Below are positions 57,980 to 64,000 of a stretch of DNA of 64,000 bases, one piece after another; positions within the stretch are counted from its first letter, which is position 1, and each line of letters opens with the position of its first letter. Source of the DNA: a bacterium (lineage in GTDB: Bacteria > JADJOY01); NCBI GenBank assembly GCA_046331705.1, contig JAXLQJ010000032.1:1-64000 (forward strand). Direction: 5' to 3'. The notes under the pieces are model-generated. The model was not told where the DNA came from, searched no databases, and worked only from the letters and a program-made list of their open reading frames with translations. A program made the translations under genes and the position numbers.

Positions 57980-58716
57980 GCGCCGACTGGATCGTGCTCT
58001 CCGATCTGCACGAGCACACCGCGCACCTGCGCCACCTCGCCGCGGCCATTCGCGACGCCGCCCTCGTGGTGCTGGCCGGAGACCTGACCATGTTCGGCGG
58101 CCAGCGCGAGGCGGCACGCGTCGTCGACGACGTGCGCGCGCTCAACCCGCGGGTCGTCGCGGTTCCCGGCAACACCGACCATCGACCGGTGCTCGACTAC
58201 CTCGAGGCCGAGCGCTTGAGCCTGCACGCACGCTCCGTCGAGATCGACGGAGTCGCGCTCTACGGGGTCGGTGGCTCGAACCCGACGCCCTTCGGCACTC
58301 CCTTCGAGCTCTCCGAGGACCAGATCGGCGCGCATCTCGCCGCCGCTCACGATTCCATTCGCGACGTCCGCGTGCGTGTGCTGGTGAGCCACGCGCCGCC
58401 CTTCGAGAGCGGCGTCGACCGCTTGTGGACGGGACGTCCCGTGGGCAGCCGAGCGGTGCGCGCCCACGTGGAGCGCACGCAGCCCAGCCTGGTGCTGAGC
58501 GGCCACATCCACGAAGCGCGGGGCGTCGGCAGCGTCGGCTCGGTGCCCGTGCTCAATCCGGGGCCGTTCGTCGCGGGCGGGTTCGTGCGCATCCAATTCG
58601 ACGCCGGCGAGCCGCGCGCGACCTTCGAGCGGATTCGGCTGGATCGCGGCGAGCGGGTCGTGGGCGAGGTCGGACAGGTGGCCCGCAAGCTGCGTCGCCT
58701 TCCGCGCATGCGATGA
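57976..58716 (+). CDS. Metallophosphoesterase (Icc-related)
   Basis: SDLH, AGDLT, PGNTD, SHAPP, GHIHE, NPGP; ATGA overlap with the kinase gene. Confidence 0.88.
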   Translation: MSADWIVLSDLHEHTAHLRHLAAAIRDAALVVLAGDLTMFGGQREAARVVDDVRALNPRVVAVPGNTDHRPVLDYLEAERLSLHARSVEIDGVALYGVGGSNPTPFGTPFELSEDQIGAHLAAAHDSIRDVRVRVLVSHAPPFESGVDRLWTGRPVGSRAVRAHVERTQPSLVLSGHIHEARGVGSVGSVPVLNPGPFVAGGFVRIQFDAGEPRATFERIRLDRGERVVGEVGQVARKLRRLPRMR

Positions 58717-58827
58717 GCGGCGTCGCCCGGCGCGCCCGCGCGGCAGCGCGACGTCCTCGCGCTGCCGGCCACCCCACCTCCGCCGCCGGCCATCGGCCCG
58801 GCGCTTCCCGCGTGGCTCGGCGCGGGA

Positions 58828-59490
58828 TCAGGATGCGGCGGCGAGCGCGCCGATCGGGCAGCTCAGACCCGTGCCGCCCAAGCCGCAATAACCGCCGGGA
58901 TTCTTGTGCAGGTATTGCTGGTGGTAGTCCTCGGCGAAGTAGAACTCGGGTGCGTTCACGATCTCGGTGGTGATCGGTCCGAAGCCGGCACGGCTCAAGA
59001 GCGGCTGAAACGCGTTCTTGGACGCTTCCGCAGCGGCCCGTTGCGCCGGCGAGTACACGTAGATCCCCGAGCGGTACTGGGTGCCGACGTCGTTCCCCTG
59101 GCGCATGCCCTGGGTGGGATCGTGGCTCTCCCAGAAGACGCGCAGCAGCTCGTCGTAGCGCACGCGGGCGGGGTCGAAGATCACCCGCACCACCTCGTTG
59201 TGGCCCGTCATGCCGCTGCACACTTCGCTGTAGGTCGGATTGGGCGTGAGTCCGGCGGCGTAGCCGGCGGCGGTCGTGTGGACACCCGCCACCGACCAGA
59301 ACTTCTTCTCGGCGCCCCAGAAGCAGCCCATGCCGAACATCGCCGCCTCGAGGCCGTTCGCGAACGGCTCGGTCATCGGTGTTCCGAGAACCGCATGGCG
59401 CGGCGCCACCGGCATGCGCTCGGCACGCCCGGGCAGCGCCTCGCCGGGGCGCGGCAGCAAGAGTTTCTGGGGATGAAAGAAGAGAGCCAT
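58828..59490 (-). CDS. msrA: Peptide methionine sulfoxide reductase A
   Basis: [41 protein letters not shown]. Confidence 0.97.
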   Translation of the reverse strand: MALFFHPQKLLLPRPGEALPGRAERMPVAPRHAVLGTPMTEPFANGLEAAMFGMGCFWGAEKKFWSVAGVHTTAAGYAAGLTPNPTYSEVCSGMTGHNEVVRVIFDPARVRYDELLRVFWESHDPTQGMRQGNDVGTQYRSGIYVYSPAQRAAAEASKNAFQPLLSRAGFGPITTEIVNAPEFYFAEDYHQQYLHKNPGGYCGLGGTGLSCPIGALAAAS

Positions 59491-59649
59491 CGGCGTTTCC
59501 TCGTCGTGCGTCGATCGATGGTCGGCAGAATACCCGGTCGCGCCGCGCACCGCGGCCTGACACGTGTCGCGCGCCGTTGCGCGGTTGCCGAGGCCGGGCG
59601 GCTCGTCCACGCTGGGCCGAGCCGCGAGCCCAGCGAGCGAAGGATGGCC

Positions 59650-60141
59650 ATGAGTGAGGCGAGCTCTCCCCGTTTCTGCTCGCGGTGCGCCGCGCCGCTT
59701 CGGCTCGTCCACGACGGCGAGCGCGAGCGGCTCACCTGCAGCTCCGCGGAGTGCGGCTTCGTCCACTACGACAACCCCACACCGGTGGTGGCGGCGCTGG
59801 TCGAGCACGCGGGGGCGGTCGTGCTGGTGCGCAATCGGGGCTGGCCCGAGACCTGGTTCGGGCTGGTGTCGGGCTTCCTGGAACGCGGCGAGACCCCGGC
59901 GGACGGCGCGCTTCGCGAGGTGCGCGAGGAGCTCGGCCTCGATGGGCGCGTGGTCGGCCTGATCGGCGCCTACGCGTTCGAGATGCGAAACGAGCTGATC
60001 GTCGCGTATCACGTCGAAGCCGAGGGCTCGATCGCGCTCTCCCCCGAGATCGCGGCGGTGAAGCGAGTCGCCCCCGAAGCGCTTCGCCCGTGGCCCTTCG
60101 GCACCGGGTTCGCCGTGGCGGATTGGCTGGCGCGCCGATGA
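59650..60141 (+). CDS. NUDIX hydrolase with an N-terminal zinc ribbon
   Basis: FCSRC...C....CGFVHYDNP; Nudix box [22 protein letters not shown]. Confidence 0.92.
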   Translation: MSEASSPRFCSRCAAPLRLVHDGERERLTCSSAECGFVHYDNPTPVVAALVEHAGAVVLVRNRGWPETWFGLVSGFLERGETPADGALREVREELGLDGRVVGLIGAYAFEMRNELIVAYHVEAEGSIALSPEIAAVKRVAPEALRPWPFGTGFAVADWLARR

Positions 60142-61376
60142 ACCCGCCCGCGCCCATGGCACCGCCGATCGACGCCCGCCTCGTGGTGGTCATGGTGGGG
60201 CTGCCGGCGCGCGGCAAGACGTACACGGCGCGCAAGCTCGCCCGCTACCTGGGATGGCTCGGCTACCGCGCGCGGGTCTTCAACCTCGGCAGCTACCGGC
60301 GCGAGCGGGTCGGCCCCAACATGCCGGCGGCCTTCTTCGACCCCGACAACCTGGAGGCCGACGCGATCCGCACCGACCTCGCGATCCGCGCCCTCGACGA
60401 CCTGCTCGGCTGGCTGCGCGACGGCGGCGGACAGGTGGGGATCTTCGACGCCACCAACAGCACCATCGAGCGGCGCCAGCGGGTGCGCCACCAATGCGAG
60501 CGCGCGGGTATCGCCGTGCTCTTCGTGGAGCTGATCTGCGACGAGCCGTGGGTGATCGAGGCGAACATCCGCGAGACCAAGGTCACCTCGCCGGATTACC
60601 AGCACCTGACACCGGACCAGGCCGCCGACGACTTCCGCAGCCGCATCGCCAACTACGAGCGCGCCTATCAGCCGCTCGGCTCGGACGAGGCGAGCTACGT
60701 GAAGGTGATCAACGGCGGGCGCAAGATCGTGGTCAATCGGATCGAAGGGTACGTGCCGGCCCGCATCGTTCAGTTCCTGGTGAACCTGCACACCGTGCCG
60801 CGGCCGATCTGGCTCACGCGGCACGGCGAAAGCCTGGACAACGTGCGCGGCGTGATCGGCGGCGACTCGTCGCTGAGCGACCGCGGGCGCGCCTACGCCC
60901 AGCGGCTCTCGAGCTTCGTCGACGAGCACGGGCCGCCGGTGCTGCACGTGTGGACGAGCACGCTCAAGCGCGGCATCGAGACCGCGTGGGCGCTCGGCCG
61001 CTCGTTCCTGCCCATCAAGGCGCTCGACGAGATCGACGCCGGGATCTGCGACAACATGACCTACGGCGAGATCGAGGCGCAGATGCCCGAGGAGTTCGCC
61101 GCACGCAAGGCCGACAAGCTCCACTACCGTTACCCGCGCGGCGAGTCCTACGAAGACGTGATCCGCCGCCTCGACCCGGTGCTCGCCGAGATCGAGCGCC
61201 ACCGCGAGCCGGTGCTGGTGATCGGCCACCAGGCGGTGATCCGCTGTCTCTATGCGTATCTCGCCGACGTGCCGCGCGACCAGGTGCCGTTCGTGGGCGT
61301 GCCGCTGCACACCCTGATCGAGCTCACCCCCAAGGCGTACACGGTCGAGGAGAAGCGCTACCCGCTCGGGCCGTGA
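60138..61376 (+). CDS. Bifunctional 6-phosphofructo-2-kinase/fructose-2,6-bisphosphatase (PFKFB-like)
   Basis: Kinase domain [40 protein letters not shown]. Phosphatase domain [32 protein letters not shown]. Confidence 0.93.
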   Translation: MNPPAPMAPPIDARLVVVMVGLPARGKTYTARKLARYLGWLGYRARVFNLGSYRRERVGPNMPAAFFDPDNLEADAIRTDLAIRALDDLLGWLRDGGGQVGIFDATNSTIERRQRVRHQCERAGIAVLFVELICDEPWVIEANIRETKVTSPDYQHLTPDQAADDFRSRIANYERAYQPLGSDEASYVKVINGGRKIVVNRIEGYVPARIVQFLVNLHTVPRPIWLTRHGESLDNVRGVIGGDSSLSDRGRAYAQRLSSFVDEHGPPVLHVWTSTLKRGIETAWALGRSFLPIKALDEIDAGICDNMTYGEIEAQMPEEFAARKADKLHYRYPRGESYEDVIRRLDPVLAEIERHREPVLVIGHQAVIRCLYAYLADVPRDQVPFVGVPLHTLIELTPKAYTVEEKRYPLGP

Positions 61377-61395
61377 CCGGGCGCTCGCGGTTCGC

Positions 61396-62052
61396 TCAGC
61401 GCGGCGAGTCTCGCTCGAGCCAGGCGCGCGTCACGCGATCCATCTCGCCGAGACTGGCGGCGAAGAAATGGTCCGCGCCGGCGAAGGTCACCAGCTCCGC
61501 TCGCGCGAGTGGCGCGAGCGAGCTTGCGAGCCGCGGCGGTGGCGCGATGCGGTCGTGCTCGCCAGCGAAGACCAGCATCGCTCGCGCCAGCACGGCGAGT
61601 GCCGTGGCGTCGAGCATGAGCGCCGGCGGCGCGACCAGCACCAGCCGATCGACGCGCGAGGCTTCCGCCGCCGCCCGCACCGCCGCCATCGCGCCCCACG
61701 AGTAGCCGCCAGCGACGAGCGGTCCGGGCACGCGGCGCGCGGCCTCGCCGAGCGCGGCCAGGTAGTCGGCCACGGCCGCTCCGGGGTCGTCGGTGGCGCG
61801 GCCCGCGCTTCCCTCGACTCCGCGCCAGTTGAAGCGCAAGACAGCGAGGCCCGCCGCGCGCGCCGCGCGCTCGAGCGTCACGAGGATCGGCGAGTCGAGC
61901 GTGCCGCCGTAGAGCGGATGGGGCGGCGCGAGCACGCAAGCGCGCTCCGTCGCTGCGCGCGGCTCGAGCCAACGCGCTTCGAGGTCCGGGGTTGCCCCGC
62001 CGCCGAGGATCCGGATCGGCGTCGCCGATCCCGCCGCTTCGATTCCATTCAT
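61396..62052 (-). CDS. Small alpha/beta hydrolase
   Basis: PPHPLYGG, LRFNWRGV..S.G, GYSWG, GEHD, ADHFF. Confidence 0.88.
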   Translation of the reverse strand: MNGIEAAGSATPIRILGGGATPDLEARWLEPRAATERACVLAPPHPLYGGTLDSPILVTLERAARAAGLAVLRFNWRGVEGSAGRATDDPGAAVADYLAALGEAARRVPGPLVAGGYSWGAMAAVRAAAEASRVDRLVLVAPPALMLDATALAVLARAMLVFAGEHDRIAPPPRLASSLAPLARAELVTFAGADHFFAASLGEMDRVTRAWLERDSPR

Positions 62053-62218
62053 CGTGGATCGCTCCTCCCGCCACCCCCGCGCATCCGTTTCCCGGCGCGC
62101 CCGCGCGCGCCGTCGCGGTACGCCGCCCACGACACGAAGTCCTTGCGCATGCCGGTGCGACTCCCTACGATCCCCGTGTCCGTCACCGCGCTCCCGCGAC
62201 GACGACGAGGCTCGGCCG

Positions 62219-63634
62219 ATGTCCGAAGCGATCACCGCGCGCGCCGCCGCCAGCGTCGTGCTCATCGACGACAGCGACGCGATCCGGTCGGCACTCAAGC
62301 TCGCGCTCGAGGACGCTGGCTACCGGGTGCTCGACGCGGCAACCGGCGAGGCGGGGCTCAAGCTGGTGCTGACGTCGTCTCCCGACGCGCTCGTCACCGA
62401 CTACGAGCTGCCGGGCATCAACGGCATGGCGGTGATCCATCGCGTGCGATCCCACCCCACGGTCCAGAGCCTGCCGTGCATCCTCCTCACCGGCGCCGAC
62501 GCCGCCCCCGCCGAGGCGCGCGGCCTGGAGGGTGGCGCAGATGCCTACATCCGCAAGACCTCCCCACTCGAGGTGATCGTGGCGCGAGTGGGCGCGTCCG
62601 TGCGCCGCGCGGGATCGACGGTCACGCCCACGCCCACCGCGCAGCCGAACGACGGCGCCGCCGGCGCTCGCCGCGTGCTGGTGATCACCGCGGACGCGGC
62701 GCGCTCCGAGCTCCTCTTCGTGCTGGCGGGGCTCAAGCACCAAGGGCTCGAGGTGCGCATCTCGTCGGAGCAACCGACCGAGGCCGAGCTCGGCGCCGTC
62801 GAATGCGTGCTGCTCGACCGCACGGACGCGCTCGCCGCGCGCATCGCGGCGATCAAGGCTCACGCGCAGAGCGCATCGGTGCCCGTGGTGGTGCTGGGCA
62901 GCGAGGACGACCCCGACGGTGTCGTTCTCGCGCTGCGGGCCGGCGCCGACGATTGGGTGGCGCTGGCGAGCGGGCTCGACGTCATCGCCGGCCGGATCCG
63001 TGCCCATCTGCGTCGGCGCCAGGCCGAGGACCATCAAGCCCACCTGCGGGAGCAAGCGCTGCAGCGCGAGCTCGCCGACCGCGAGGCGCGCGCCCAGCGG
63101 GAGATCGCCGACGCACGCGCCGAGCTGCTCGCCGAGCTCGCCCGCAAGAACGCCGAGCTCGAGGAAGCGAACTCCAACCTGGCGGCGAGCCTGCGCGAGG
63201 TGCGGGTGCGCGACGAGCAGTTCCGTACCGTCGCTCGCTGCGTACCGGGCGTGGTCTATCTGATGCGTCACGGCGAGCATCGGACACCGCTCTTCATGAG
63301 CGTCGCCGTGGAGGTCCTCACCGGCCATCGCGCGCCCGATTTCGTCGCGGGCCGCGTGAGCTGGACGAACCTCGTCCATCCCGAGGACCGCGACCGCGTG
63401 TTCGCCCGCATCGATTCCGCCATCGGCCAGCGCAAGCCCTTCGAGACCACCTACCGGATCCAGCACGCCAGCGGTGCGTGGCGCTGGGTGGAGGAGCGCG
63501 GCCGCGCGATCTTCGACGAGGACGAGGTTCGCTGCGTGGGCGGCACGGTCTTCGACGTGACCGAGCGGCTCGAGGCCGAGGAAGAGCTCGAGCGCTTTCG
63601 CGCGCGTCAGCGCCCCGCGACCCCTCGCCCGTGA
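62219..63634 (+). CDS. Signalling protein: receiver - pseudo-receiver - coiled coil - PAS
   Basis: IDDS..VTDYELP..LTG..K; degenerate second REC; heptad-rich linker; PAS with VHPEDR, WRWVEERG, DVTER. Confidence 0.85.
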   Translation: MSEAITARAAASVVLIDDSDAIRSALKLALEDAGYRVLDAATGEAGLKLVLTSSPDALVTDYELPGINGMAVIHRVRSHPTVQSLPCILLTGADAAPAEARGLEGGADAYIRKTSPLEVIVARVGASVRRAGSTVTPTPTAQPNDGAAGARRVLVITADAARSELLFVLAGLKHQGLEVRISSEQPTEAELGAVECVLLDRTDALAARIAAIKAHAQSASVPVVVLGSEDDPDGVVLALRAGADDWVALASGLDVIAGRIRAHLRRRQAEDHQAHLREQALQRELADREARAQREIADARAELLAELARKNAELEEANSNLAASLREVRVRDEQFRTVARCVPGVVYLMRHGEHRTPLFMSVAVEVLTGHRAPDFVAGRVSWTNLVHPEDRDRVFARIDSAIGQRKPFETTYRIQHASGAWRWVEERGRAIFDEDEVRCVGGTVFDVTERLEAEEELERFRARQRPATPRP

Positions 63635-64000
63635 CGAGCGCGAACCCCACCGCGAGTGGCACGCCATCCGCCGCCGCGAAGCCGGTGCTGGTCGCGTACG
63701 AGACACGCTTCGGCTCGACCGCGGAGGTCGCCCGCGCGATCGGCGCGGTTCTCGCCGAGGCGGGATTCGCCGCCGAGATCCGGCGCGCCAGCGAGGTGGA
63801 CGATCCGACTCGCTACGCCGCCGTGATCGTCGGCGCGCCGGTCTATTCCCGGCGCTGGCTCCGCGCCGCGTGCGCGTGGGTGCGACTCCATCGCGATGCG
63901 CTTGCGCCGCGGCCCGTGTGGTTCTTCGCCCTCGGGATCCGGGTGCCGGACGGACCGCACGCGAACGAGCGCCACACGCTGCGCCTGCTGCGCCGGCTCC
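63631..64000 (+). CDS. Flavodoxin-domain protein (HemG-like), partial
   Basis: GTG overlaps the upstream TGA; PVLVAYETRFGSTAEVA..I, YAAVIVGAPVY, PVWFF; runs off the window end. Not in the ORF track. Confidence 0.85.
   Translation, partial: MTSANPTASGTPSAAAKPVLVAYETRFGSTAEVARAIGAVLAEAGFAAEIRRASEVDDPTRYAAVIVGAPVYSRRWLRAACAWVRLHRDALAPRPVWFFALGIRVPDGPHANERHTLRLLRRL

Overview
High-GC bacterial chromosomal window. The gene content (Cys-lipobox lipoproteins, dnk-panBCD, fused-alpha 2-oxoacid:ferredoxin oxidoreductase, LLM oxidoreductases) looks deltaproteobacteria/Myxococcota-like, but this is inference only. It holds about 53 CDSs, one tRNA-Arg(UCU) and one frameshifted glycoside-hydrolase-like pseudogene. 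I saw no CRISPR array, rRNA, transposase or integrase. Most genes are ordinary metabolic, envelope or signalling genes. Standouts: (1) a complete eukaryote-type bifunctional 6-phosphofructo-2-kinase/fructose-2,6-bisphosphatase (60138-61376) translationally coupled to a NUDIX gene; (2) three tandem paralogous secreted beta-rich proteins sharing a C-terminal F-x-D-G-F-D-x-G-x(4)-W-x-S-like tail, a candidate sorting signal (3924-6213); (3) a TetR-linked diiron/SDR-SCP2/LLM lipid-modification cluster; (4) a DUF2419/QNG1-type queuosine salvage gene; (5) a ribbon-helix-helix/Cys4 protein overlapping an ABC1 kinase gene, with a candidate operator. All family calls come from visual motif recognition, with no database searches, and several start codons are uncertain.
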